This document shows positions 1 through 9,501 of a stretch of 64,000 nucleotides of DNA, piece after piece. This DNA is from Acidobacteriota bacterium (GTDB lineage: Bacteria > Acidobacteriota > Vicinamibacteria > Vicinamibacterales > JAHECP01), in assembly GCA_024641665.1 (NCBI GenBank), contig JAHECP010000002.1:28775-92774 (forward strand). Direction: 5' to 3'. Positions within the stretch are counted from its first letter, which is position 1, and each line of letters begins with the position of its first letter. The notes under the pieces were generated by a model. It was not told the origin of the DNA and made no database searches. It saw only the letters and a list, made by a program, of their open reading frames with translations. Made by a program: the position numbers and the translations under genes.

Positions 1-1719
1 CAGGATCTTCCGGACGTTGCGCAGGAGCGTCTCGTCGTCGACCGGCTTGTCGAGGTAGCCCTCCGGCGGGCGCACCGCGCGGTCGTAGATCAGCCGGCGG
101 AGCTCGGGCCGGCCCGTGATGATGCAGACCGGGACGTCGGTCAGCGTGTCGTCGCGCCGGAGTGCCTCGAACACCATGCCGCCGTCGGTGCCGGGCATCG
201 ACAGGTCGAGCGTGACCAGGTCGGGCTTCTCGCGCCGGGCGAGTGCGAGCGCCGTCTCGCCGTCGGCCGCCTCGACGACGGTCGCGCCGTGGTCCTCGAG
301 CACCGAGCGATAGAACACCAGCACGTCGGGCTCGTCGTCGACGACGAGGATCCGGCGACCGGCCAGGCTGGGCGCCGGACGGCCCGCCGCGGCCGGGACG
401 GCGACGCGGGCCGGCACGACGGCGGCGGTGGCGACGAGGTTCACCAGCTGCGTGACCTGCATATCGAGCTTGTAGTGGCGGATCAGGTCGCTCAGGCCGT
501 CCACGCAGTTGTGGCAGGAGGTCACGACCACCTTCGCGCCGGTGGCCGCGAGCTGCTCGGCCTTGACCCGGGCCGACTTCAGGCGCCGCGGCGTGTACTC
601 CGACATGGACATCGCGCCGCCACCGCCCGTGCAGCAGTAGTTCTCGGATCGGTTGGGGTACATCTCGCGAAAGTCGGTGACCACCAGGTCCAGCAGCTCG
701 CGCGGCTCCTCGTACAGGCCGCAGCTCCTGGCGTTGTTGCACGAGTCGTGGAAGGTGACGGGTGTCGTGTTGCGGCTCTTGTCGACCGTGATGCGCCCCT
801 CCCGGATGTAACGCAGCATGGTGAGGACCGAGCTCTCCATCTCGAAGGGCACGTCCATGCCGGCCCAATTCGGCCCCTCGCAGCGGGTGGATCGGTAGCC
901 GTGCCCGCACTCCGAGATGACCAGCTTGCGGCCCCTGAGCTCCACCACCTTCTCGTACAGCCGGCGGGCCACCGCGCCGCCCAGGTCGTCGTCGCCCGAG
1001 AACAGCCCGAAGTTCGTCATGTCCCAGCCCTCGCTGGGCATGGTCCACGACTCGCCGGCGAGGTGGAAGATCTTCGCCGCGTCGGCGATCGTCCGCGGGT
1101 CGTACTTCACCTCCCGCGGGTTGATGGCGTAGACGACGTCGGCGTCCGCGACGTCCACCGGAATGACGGCCGTCGGGTCCTCCAGCTCGGCGCTCAGCTC
1201 CTCCGACATCCACTCGAGCGTGTCGAGGTACTCCTCCTTCAACACGCCCATCTGGTTGCCGATCTCCCACTGGTCCTTGCTGACGACGGCCACCCCCTCC
1301 GGCATGACGCCCACCGACACGAGCAGGCCGCGCATCATGCGGTTGGCGGTGGCGAAGTCGACGCCCATCGGGCAGTTGATGGAGCACCGGCGACAGTTCG
1401 TGCACTTGCCGAACGCGACGTCCTTGAGCTCCTCGAGGTCCGCGTCCGTGTACACGCTGGCCGCGCCCACCCACCACGGGAAGACGCGGCCCGTCCAGTC
1501 GAAGTGCCGCTTGAAGATCTTCCGGATCCGATCCGCCTTGTAGGCCGGAGCGTAGGTGGGATCGTCCGGGTTGGTCTGCACGTAGTGACACGACGAGGTG
1601 CACAGGCCGCAGTGGACGCAGGCCGCGAGCGACCCGGCGATCTGCCGGTTGAGCTTCTTCGACATCCGGTCGATGACCCGCGCCGCCTTCTGCGATCTGA
1701 CGGGAGTGGCGTTCAGCAC
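1..1719 (-). CDS. HdrD/DsrK/GlpC-like Fe-S oxidoreductase (two ferredoxin-type Cys clusters plus CCG-type Cys motifs) fused in frame to a C-terminal response-regulator receiver domain; the C-terminus runs off the left edge
   Basis: My own reverse translation. It is absent from the ORF track because no stop lies inside the window. N-terminus: (V)LNATPVRSQKAARVIDRMSKKLNRQIAGSLAACVHCGLCTSSCHY. Further motifs: CTNCRRCSINCP, ECGHGY, FHDSCNNAR, NYCCTGGGG, TSCHNC. A linker AAVVPARVAVPAAAGRPAPSLAG follows, then RRILVVDDEPD...LDLSMPGTDG...CIITG...YLDKP. I checked codons 301-540 and found no in-frame stop. The GTG at 1719 has GGAG 6 nt upstream; ATG at 1665 is an alternative start. Confidence 0.8.
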   Translation of the reverse strand, partial: MLNATPVRSQKAARVIDRMSKKLNRQIAGSLAACVHCGLCTSSCHYVQTNPDDPTYAPAYKADRIRKIFKRHFDWTGRVFPWWVGAASVYTDADLEELKDVAFGKCTNCRRCSINCPMGVDFATANRMMRGLLVSVGVMPEGVAVVSKDQWEIGNQMGVLKEEYLDTLEWMSEELSAELEDPTAVIPVDVADADVVYAINPREVKYDPRTIADAAKIFHLAGESWTMPSEGWDMTNFGLFSGDDDLGGAVARRLYEKVVELRGRKLVISECGHGYRSTRCEGPNWAGMDVPFEMESSVLTMLRYIREGRITVDKSRNTTPVTFHDSCNNARSCGLYEEPRELLDLVVTDFREMYPNRSENYCCTGGGGAMSMSEYTPRRLKSARVKAEQLAATGAKVVVTSCHNCVDGLSDLIRHYKLDMQVTQLVNLVATAAVVPARVAVPAAAGRPAPSLAGRRILVVDDEPDVLVFYRSVLEDHGATVVEAADGETALALARREKPDLVTLDLSMPGTDGGMVFEALRRDDTLTDVPVCIITGRPELRRLIYDRAVRPPEGYLDKPVDDETLLRNVRKIL

Positions 1720-2459
1720 GTGGGACTCCGTTCGGGGCGGCGGTGCGCGTCCGCCGCGAGGACGCGGCGTCCCTCGACCGCCGCGGACGCGGGTCCTCGG
1801 CGAATCGGATAGACGCCGCGGTGCGTCAACGTCCGGCCCAGGTAGTACCGGGTGAACGGGTAGTAGAGGTAGTGCGAGATCTTGCTGAACGGCACGTAGA
1901 GCAGGAAGAACGCCGTCATGAAGAAGTACGCGAGCAGGATCGGCTCGTTCGTCTCCGGACGGTTGGGCGCCGCGAGCACGGCCAGCAGGAACCACACGGT
2001 CAGCAGCGCAAGCGAGAAGTAGTCATCCGGCGTGCTGATGGCGCGCATCGTCGGCTGGGAGAGCCGGCGGTAGAAGCGCATGAGCCCCACCACGAACGCG
2101 GCGCCGATCACGCCCTCGAAGCCGAACACGAGGGCCCGCGAGTCGAGCCAGTGGGGCGCGTACGGAATGACGAAGGAGAGCAGGATGGCGGCCGTCACGC
2201 CGAGGTGGAACACCACGAACTGCGCGTAGAGCCCGGCCTGCGTGCGCGTGCTCTCCATGGCCCAGGGCATCCCGACGTTGAGCCACGAGTAGAGAAGGCC
2301 CCTGGCCATGGCCGGCGGCCGGGACCCGGTGGGCGCCTGCCGGTCGCGGCCGGCCCGGAACCGGAAGAGCCACACGAGGCGCAGCGCGTAGACGGAGGCC
2401 ATGACCGCCAGCGCGGTCTCCTGAAGCCGGTGTTCGGCGAAGTGCAGCAGCTCACTCAT
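1713..2459 (-). CDS. polytopic membrane protein, NarI/DsrM/HdrE-like (putative quinone-interacting cytochrome b subunit)
   Basis: Track ORF of 248 aa. It has several hydrophobic helices with His-containing segments (FAEHRL, VVFHLGV, SKISHYLYYPF). Its stop overlaps the GTG of the downstream HdrD/DsrK-like gene (GTGCTGA). A membrane subunit plus CCG Fe-S subunit is the DsrMK/HdrED-type arrangement. Confidence 0.6.
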   Translation of the reverse strand: MSELLHFAEHRLQETALAVMASVYALRLVWLFRFRAGRDRQAPTGSRPPAMARGLLYSWLNVGMPWAMESTRTQAGLYAQFVVFHLGVTAAILLSFVIPYAPHWLDSRALVFGFEGVIGAAFVVGLMRFYRRLSQPTMRAISTPDDYFSLALLTVWFLLAVLAAPNRPETNEPILLAYFFMTAFFLLYVPFSKISHYLYYPFTRYYLGRTLTHRGVYPIRRGPASAAVEGRRVLAADAHRRPERSPTC

Positions 2460-3051
2460 GGGGTGTTCCTGTCGCGGCCCCCGCCGGCGTCGGGGCCAGC
2501 GCCGCCAGCCGCGTCTCGAACGCCGCGTGCTCGCGCGCGTCGTTCGCGCAGAGGATGACGTCGCGAATGCCGGTGCGGTTCGAGAGATACGACGCGATCG
2601 TCGAGACCATCAGCTCCGCGCACACCGGCAGCGGAACGCCGTAGAAGCCCGCGCCCATGGCCGGAAACGCGATCTGGACGATGCCCCGCTCCTCGGCGCG
2701 CTCGAGCGCGCGAACGATGGTGGCGCGCAGCTTGTCCTGCAGGTCCTCCTCCTGGAAGACCGGACCCGCCGCGTGCACGATGCGCCGGGCCTTCAGGTCG
2801 CCGCCGGCGGTGACGACGGCCTCGGTCGGGGCGATCGGGCCGAGCCCGTCCAGCTCCTTCTTGATCGTGGGCCCGCCCCGCCGCGCGATGGCGTTGCCGA
2901 AGCCGGACCCGAGCGCCAGGTCCGGCCGGGCGTAGAACACGAACGCTTCCACGTCGAGCGTCGTGATGTCCGCCTTGACGAGGCGGAGGACGCTTCGATG
3001 GACTAAGACACCTTCCCCTCCGTCGGGTCCCCCGGCATCGATATCAGCCAA
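2452..3051 (-). CDS. macro-domain protein (ADP-ribose / O-acetyl-ADP-ribose binding or hydrolase family)
   Basis: Track ORF of 199 aa. Macro-like blocks: VKADITTLDVEAFVFYA, GSGFGNAIARRGG, VVTAGGDL, IVHAAGP, IAFPAMGAGFYG. It uses a TTG start. It overlaps the upstream small ORF by 8 nt and the downstream membrane gene by 8 nt (ATGAGTGA). Confidence 0.75.
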   Translation of the reverse strand: MADIDAGGPDGGEGVLVHRSVLRLVKADITTLDVEAFVFYARPDLALGSGFGNAIARRGGPTIKKELDGLGPIAPTEAVVTAGGDLKARRIVHAAGPVFQEEDLQDKLRATIVRALERAEERGIVQIAFPAMGAGFYGVPLPVCAELMVSTIASYLSNRTGIRDVILCANDAREHAAFETRLAALAPTPAGAATGTPHE

Positions 3052-3268
3052 CGCCCTGCTCCTTGTCGTCCCAGACGCCCGAGTCCTTGTGCAGCTGGAT
3101 TTCCTGTTCGGCGAGGTGGCGAAGCTTGTAGGCCGAGTCCCGCAGCGTGCCGAAGAGCACGCCGCAGCTCGAGTCGAACCGCGTCTCGTCGCCCCGATCG
3201 GCCAATAGCATCATGTCGCGCGACAGGCGGAGCACCTTGACGATGTTGCGGTTGCAGGGCCGTGCCAC
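3044..3268 (-). CDS. small hypothetical protein (about 74 aa), first gene of the cassette
   Basis: Same frame as track ORF 3044..3307. I prefer the GTG at 3268 because GGGAGG lies 4 nt upstream and the track start at 3307 falls inside the candidate sigma-54 promoter. Sequence: VARPCNRNIVKVLRLSRDMMLLADRGDETRFDSSCGVLFGTLRDSAYKLRHLAEQEIQLHKDSGVWDDKEQGVG. I recognise no family. Confidence 0.45.
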   Translation of the reverse strand: MARPCNRNIVKVLRLSRDMMLLADRGDETRFDSSCGVLFGTLRDSAYKLRHLAEQEIQLHKDSGVWDDKEQGVG

Positions 3269-3302
3269 GGCGCCTCCCGGCTGCTTGCTGAGGACATGGA
3301 GG

Positions 3303-3318
3303 GGCACGGACCGTGCCG
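3303..3318 (-). promoter_or_regulatory. candidate sigma-54 (-24/-12) promoter
   Basis: The minus strand reads CGGCACGGTCCGTGCC. GG and GC are 12 nt apart, as in TGGCAC-N5-TTGC. It lies 100-240 nt downstream of a cluster of TGTAACG motifs and directly downstream of a sigma-54 activator gene. The predicted TSS near 3292 sits upstream of the SD and GTG at 3268. Confidence 0.45.
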
Positions 3319-3418
3319 GCGCGCCGGGCCGCGTGGCGAGGGCACGTAAGTGACTGGATGGGCGAATGATATGGAGTGAACGGCCCCGCAGCCGGCCGGT
3401 GTGGCGCCGGGTGGATTT

Positions 3419-3541
3419 CGTTACACTTCGCGAGCGTCCACCAGGCGAACCGAGACTGCCGGCGGCCCGTGTAACGTCAGCTTCTGAAAGCTGTTACGCG
3501 CGACGCGCAAGGCGATGGGCGCTGTGCAGTATTACGTACCG

Positions 3542-3546
<5 letters not shown>
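3419..3546. promoter_or_regulatory. candidate enhancer (UAS): four TGTAACG/CGTTACA half-sites
   Basis: CGTTACA at about 3419, TGTAACG at about 3469, TGTTACG at about 3492, CGTTACA at about 3540. One arrangement is TGTAAC-N17-GTTAC. All lie between the activator gene stop and the sigma-54 promoter candidate. Confidence 0.35.
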
Positions 3547-5296
<1,750 letters not shown>

Positions 5297-5361
5297 CCCT
5301 CGGCCTCGTGCCGCCACTATAGGGAATTCGGCGGGGCCGCGGCAAGCAAATCCGGGAGCGG

Positions 5362-6543
5362 CTACCCGCGCGACGCCAGGGCCGCCAGCACCGCGCGCTC
5401 GCGCTCCGGCGTGAGGCCGGCGCCGAGCTTCGCCTGCCGCTCGGCCGGCAGCGTCTTGAACCACGCGAGCGTCGCGAGCGCGGTCTCGGCCAGCGGCCGG
5501 AACGTGAGGCCGGCGGCGATCGCCTTCCTGTTGCTGTAGCGGCTGAAGCCGGCCGTCTCGGCCGTCGTCGGCACCCACACCGGCATGTCGGACCAGGCGC
5601 GTACCTTGTGCGCCTCGAGGAAGGACGCCGGCACCCAGTGCAGCGTCGCGCCGGCCGTGGTCGCCGCGCGCACGCCGTACAGCATCGCGAGCATGGTCAG
5701 CTCGAAGCCGGGCCCGGCCGCGTTGAAGACGCCGAACGCGCGCGTCTCGGCCGTGCGGACGATCCACGCGGCGAGGTCGCGCGCGTCGATGAGCTGCGCG
5801 AAATCGGAGCCGTCGCCGGGCGCCACGACGTCGCCGCCGCGGTCGAGGCGCACGGGCCAGTAGGTGAAGCGGTCCGACGTGTCGCCCGGTCCCACGATCA
5901 GCGTCGGGCGGATGACGGTCGTGATGCCCGGGAACCAGACCTCGGCCTCCTTCTCGGAGAGGGCCTTGAGCGGCCCGTAGAGCTCGCCCATCTTCCCACG
6001 CAGCGTCTCCTGCGTCTCCTTCATCGGATCGGCGCCCGTGTACTTGGCGAGCGGCATGGTCTCGTCGAGGCCGACCGTGGCGTCCGACGCGCTGACCGAC
6101 AGCGTCGAGATGAAGACGTACTGTCCGACCTTGCCCTTCAGCACCTGGCCCGCGTCGCGTACCCAGAATGGGAGCGTCGTCGGGTTGTCGATGCAGACGT
6201 CCCACTCGCGCCCCTTCAACGAGTCGAGATCGCCGGTGTTCCGATCGCCCGTCAGCTCCTCGACCTCGCCCGGCCACATGAGCGGGTTGCGGCCGCGATT
6301 GAAGAGCGTGAGCTTGTGCCCGCGCGCGAGCGCGTAGCGCACCTCGTGCGGGCCGATGAAGCCGGTGCCGCCGAGGATGAGGATACGGAGCGGCCTGGCC
6401 GCGCGCTCGACCCCTTCGGGGAGCGGGCCGGCGGGGCGCGGCTGGCGCGGCGGCGCGGTCTGCGCGAGGACCGTCGGTGCCAGGCAGAAGCCGACGGTGC
6501 CGGCGGTGGCGGCTTTCAACCAATCGCGACGTGTGGGGGACAT
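5362..6543 (-). CDS. Tat-signal NAD(P)-dependent epimerase/dehydratase-family (Rossmann) protein
   Basis: Starts at MSPTRRDWLKAATAGTVGFCLAPTVLAQ (twin-arginine motif) with AAAGGAG upstream. Rossmann motif: ILILGGTGFIGPH. The track ORF extends 30 codons further upstream without support. Confidence 0.8.
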   Translation of the reverse strand: MSPTRRDWLKAATAGTVGFCLAPTVLAQTAPPRQPRPAGPLPEGVERAARPLRILILGGTGFIGPHEVRYALARGHKLTLFNRGRNPLMWPGEVEELTGDRNTGDLDSLKGREWDVCIDNPTTLPFWVRDAGQVLKGKVGQYVFISTLSVSASDATVGLDETMPLAKYTGADPMKETQETLRGKMGELYGPLKALSEKEAEVWFPGITTVIRPTLIVGPGDTSDRFTYWPVRLDRGGDVVAPGDGSDFAQLIDARDLAAWIVRTAETRAFGVFNAAGPGFELTMLAMLYGVRAATTAGATLHWVPASFLEAHKVRAWSDMPVWVPTTAETAGFSRYSNRKAIAAGLTFRPLAETALATLAWFKTLPAERQAKLGAGLTPERERAVLAALASRG

Positions 6544-6583
6544 CGGTCGCTCCTTTCGGGCGGGGCGAGCATAGCACGCGACG

Positions 6584-7528
6584 CTAGCGCACGCGCATGC
6601 CGCGCGCCGCGTCCCAGTGCAGGATGCGCTCACTCGCGGGGAGCGGCGCCTCGGGCACCTCGCCGACCGACACGCCGTACTTCCAGTCGGGCGGGCAGAT
6701 GGCGATGTAGCGCGCGTACCCGCCCGTGCCCCCGCCGAACTTCGGATACCCGATCGTCACGAGACAGCCCGTCTCGGCCACCTCATCCAGGTGCGCCACG
6801 CCCTCGGCCTGCGTGTAGCCGTGGTGCATCAGCCAGTGCTCGCCCTCGAGCGTCGGCGTCGTGTCGGTGTCGAGCGGCTCGTGCCCGTGAAAGAGGATGT
6901 GGCGCTCCAGGTGCAGGAACTTCAGCGCGTCGAGCGTCACGCCCGGGAACACCGTCTCGGTGGCGAGCTTCGGGTCCGGCCACGCCTTCGACCAGTCGGA
7001 TCGGATCATCACCACCGACCCCTCGGGGACGCGGCCGTGCGCGGCCTCCCACCGCTCGATGTCGGAAACCTGCATCTGGTGGCCCGGATCCTTCGCCACC
7101 TCGTCGACGATGGAGATGACGACGAGCGGGCGGACGGCGAAGGTGGGTGGCAGCTCGTCGATGGCCGGGTACTCCGGCGCCCAGTGCGCGGGCGGGTCGA
7201 GCTGCGTGCCGAACTGATCGGTGGCGAGGTCGTAGTGCGTGGCCTCGAAGCCGTCGGCCGCGTAGGTGTACGGCTTGCCGGTGTCGGGGTTGAGCGTCGG
7301 GCCGAACGTCGATCGGCCGAAGCCGTGCCACACCGGGATGGACGGCGTCAGGGTGTGCGTGAGATCGATGTACTTCGCGTGCTTCAGCGCCTGGTCGTAG
7401 GTCTCCCACAGGCCGGGCGCGGTCTGGCTCGCGGCGGGCGCGGGTGGCGTCGCGCCGGGTCCGCAGCCGACCGCCAGCAAAGCGCTGGCCGCCAGGAATG
7501 TCAGTGGGTTCCGTGGGTGTCTGGTCAT
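6584..7528 (-). CDS. putative cyclase / arylformamidase-family lipoprotein
   Basis: This is the C-terminal 314 aa of track ORF 6584..8194. N-terminus MTRHPRNPLTFLAASALLAVGC (lipobox). Further motifs: DLTHTL...PVWHG, GTQLDPPAHW, HGHEPLDTD. Confidence 0.75.
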   Translation of the reverse strand: MTRHPRNPLTFLAASALLAVGCGPGATPPAPAASQTAPGLWETYDQALKHAKYIDLTHTLTPSIPVWHGFGRSTFGPTLNPDTGKPYTYAADGFEATHYDLATDQFGTQLDPPAHWAPEYPAIDELPPTFAVRPLVVISIVDEVAKDPGHQMQVSDIERWEAAHGRVPEGSVVMIRSDWSKAWPDPKLATETVFPGVTLDALKFLHLERHILFHGHEPLDTDTTPTLEGEHWLMHHGYTQAEGVAHLDEVAETGCLVTIGYPKFGGGTGGYARYIAICPPDWKYGVSVGEVPEAPLPASERILHWDAARGMRVR

Positions 7529-7636
7529 GGCGTCCCCCGGCAACGGGTCCACGGTCCGCAAGAGAAGGCTCGCGCGCCACACTGTACACGGACGGCCCGA
7601 CCGGCACCAGGGTCGCCCGGGTTGGACGGAACGGCT

Positions 7637-9475
7637 ATGATGAGCGACGCTTGGTGGACGGACGTGCGAACCGTGACCCGTATCACCTTTCTCGTGAGTC
7701 CGTTGTGCCTGATCTTGACCGTCGGCTGCGGCGGCGGCACGGGGACGTCCCCGCCGCCGCCCTCGACCTCGCCGACGCCGTCCACTCCCAATCCCTGCAC
7801 CGCGGCGCTGGCCGAAGTGTCCGGCGTCCGTCAGGTGGTCGGGGAACGCAAGGTCGTCGGTCCGGACGTGCACGGCCCGTCGCGGGCGCTCGGCGCGTTG
7901 TGGGCGCACGAGGCCGCCGCGCGGCGCGGTCAGATCCGCACGGCCCTGCCGCAGCCGCAGAGCGAGGACGTCGGCGACGTGGCCGTCCTGCAGGACGAAG
8001 GCGACCTCGTGCTGCCGCCGAACCGGTTCGACCTGGCGGGCGACGGCCTCCGCTTCACGCCGAACGGCTCGGGCGGCTACGACGTGGCGGCGGTGGATGG
8101 CACGTTTCGTCAGGCGCTCGGCTCGAAGCTCTCCCTGGGTGACGACGACGGGGTGGAGGAGGGGCTGCCGTTCGCCTTCGACTTCTACGGCCATTGGTGG
8201 AACGCGGTCTTCGTCAACTCCGACGGCAACCTGACGTTCCAGGAGGCCGACCGTTCGAGCACCGACCGGGACATCGGGCGCCTGCTGTCGGGCCCGCCGC
8301 GGCTGGCGCCGTTCCTGGCGGACCTGGACCCGACCTCGGGCGGGGCCGTCTTCGCCGAGGCGGCCTCCGACGGCCTCACGGTGACGTGGTGCGCCGTGCC
8401 GGGCTTCGACAAGCCGCAGACGACGACGGCGCAGATCACGCTCCTGAGCGACGGTTCGGTCGAAATCAAGTACGCGCCAACCCTAACCCTGACCGACGCC
8501 GTCGTCGGGCTCTCGCCGGGGAAGACCGCCACGTTCGCACCGCTCGACCTGACGGCCGGCGGATCGAGCACGGCGGCCGACGCGGCGCTCGGCGAGCGCT
8601 TCGCCGCGTTCAACACGCTCGATACCGTGGCCCTCTCGCGGAAGTTCTTCGCCACCCACCCGGACGGCTACGACCAGATCGTCGTCTTCACGGACGCGTC
8701 CTACGTGCAGGACGCCTTCGCCTACGAGATGACGGTCGCCAACGAGATCCAGGGCATCGGGATGGACCTGTACGATCTCGCCGCCGACTACGGCAGCGCC
8801 GGCCGCCTGCGGAGCCTGGTCGTGATGGACGCGCTCACGAAGTACCCCGCCGATCCGGCGCAGAAGTTCCTCGGTGAGAACGACACCGTGTCGGTGCTCG
8901 GGCAGGAGGTGGGGCACCGGTGGCTGGCGTTCCTGCGGTTTCTCGACAAGGACCGCCAGGCGTCGGACGCGCTGCTCGGCCGCGACCAGGCGCACTGGAG
9001 CTTCTTCATGGACTCCGACGCCTCGGTGATGGAGGGCAACGACATCCAGGCGCTCGGGGGCGGCGCGTTCCGGACGGTCGCCGCCGTCCAGCGCTATTGC
9101 CTCCTCGATCAATACGCGATGGGGCTGGTGGACGCCTCCGAGGTGCCGCCATTCTTTTACGTCGAGAGCCCGGTGAACGTGCAGCCGCCCGAGGGGCCGA
9201 CCTCTGCGCCGAAGGTGGGCGTGACGTTCAACGGCACGCGGCGGGACGTGCTCATCCAGGACGTCGTGGACGTCATGGGGCCGCGCGTGCCCGCGGCCGC
9301 CGACTCGCCCCGCGTGCACGGCCAGGCGTTCGTCTACCTCGTCAGCGCCGGACGGACCGCCGACTCGTCGGCCGTGGCCAAGGTCGATCGGATCCGGCAG
9401 GCGTGGGAGGCGTTCTTCCTCCAGGCCACCGACGGGCGGATGCGGGCCGAGACCCGGCTCCTCCCGCCGGGGTAG
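7637..9475 (+). CDS. large lipoprotein of unknown function with a degenerate zinc-protease-like motif
   Basis: Starts at MMSDAWW...LILTVGCGGG (lipobox) followed by a Pro/Ser/Thr linker. It contains LGQEVGHRW where related proteins would be expected to carry HExxH. The part of the track ORF before 7637 is antisense to the cyclase gene. Confidence 0.65.
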   Translation: MMSDAWWTDVRTVTRITFLVSPLCLILTVGCGGGTGTSPPPPSTSPTPSTPNPCTAALAEVSGVRQVVGERKVVGPDVHGPSRALGALWAHEAAARRGQIRTALPQPQSEDVGDVAVLQDEGDLVLPPNRFDLAGDGLRFTPNGSGGYDVAAVDGTFRQALGSKLSLGDDDGVEEGLPFAFDFYGHWWNAVFVNSDGNLTFQEADRSSTDRDIGRLLSGPPRLAPFLADLDPTSGGAVFAEAASDGLTVTWCAVPGFDKPQTTTAQITLLSDGSVEIKYAPTLTLTDAVVGLSPGKTATFAPLDLTAGGSSTAADAALGERFAAFNTLDTVALSRKFFATHPDGYDQIVVFTDASYVQDAFAYEMTVANEIQGIGMDLYDLAADYGSAGRLRSLVVMDALTKYPADPAQKFLGENDTVSVLGQEVGHRWLAFLRFLDKDRQASDALLGRDQAHWSFFMDSDASVMEGNDIQALGGGAFRTVAAVQRYCLLDQYAMGLVDASEVPPFFYVESPVNVQPPEGPTSAPKVGVTFNGTRRDVLIQDVVDVMGPRVPAAADSPRVHGQAFVYLVSAGRTADSSAVAKVDRIRQAWEAFFLQATDGRMRAETRLLPPG

Positions 9476-9501
9476 ACGGCGGATCGGCGGGGGACGCAGG
9501 A

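Noticed and set aside
289-1812. 507-aa plus-strand ORF (and nested ORFs at 116-455, 917-1543)
   Set aside because: It is rich in Arg/Gly/Ala/His with no motifs. It lies exactly antisense to a minus-strand frame that encodes clear ferredoxin/CCG and receiver motifs.
3252-3267. Second sigma-54-like motif TGGCACGGCCCTGCAA
   Set aside because: The GG-to-GC spacing is one nucleotide short of the canonical distance. The motif also overlaps the best SD/GTG start of the small gene. I kept it only as an alternative in the promoter finding.
3305-3307. GTG start of track ORF 3044..3307
   Set aside because: It has no SD and lies inside the better-spaced sigma-54 promoter candidate. The GTG at 3268 has GGGAGG upstream.
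5297-6577. N-terminal 427-aa extension of the sigma-54 activator ORF (track 3542..6577, 1011 aa)
   Set aside because: The extension is Arg/Pro/Gly-rich and overlaps the well-supported epimerase gene in another frame. A clean ATG (MLRILFVCSG) starts the recognisable protein at 5296.
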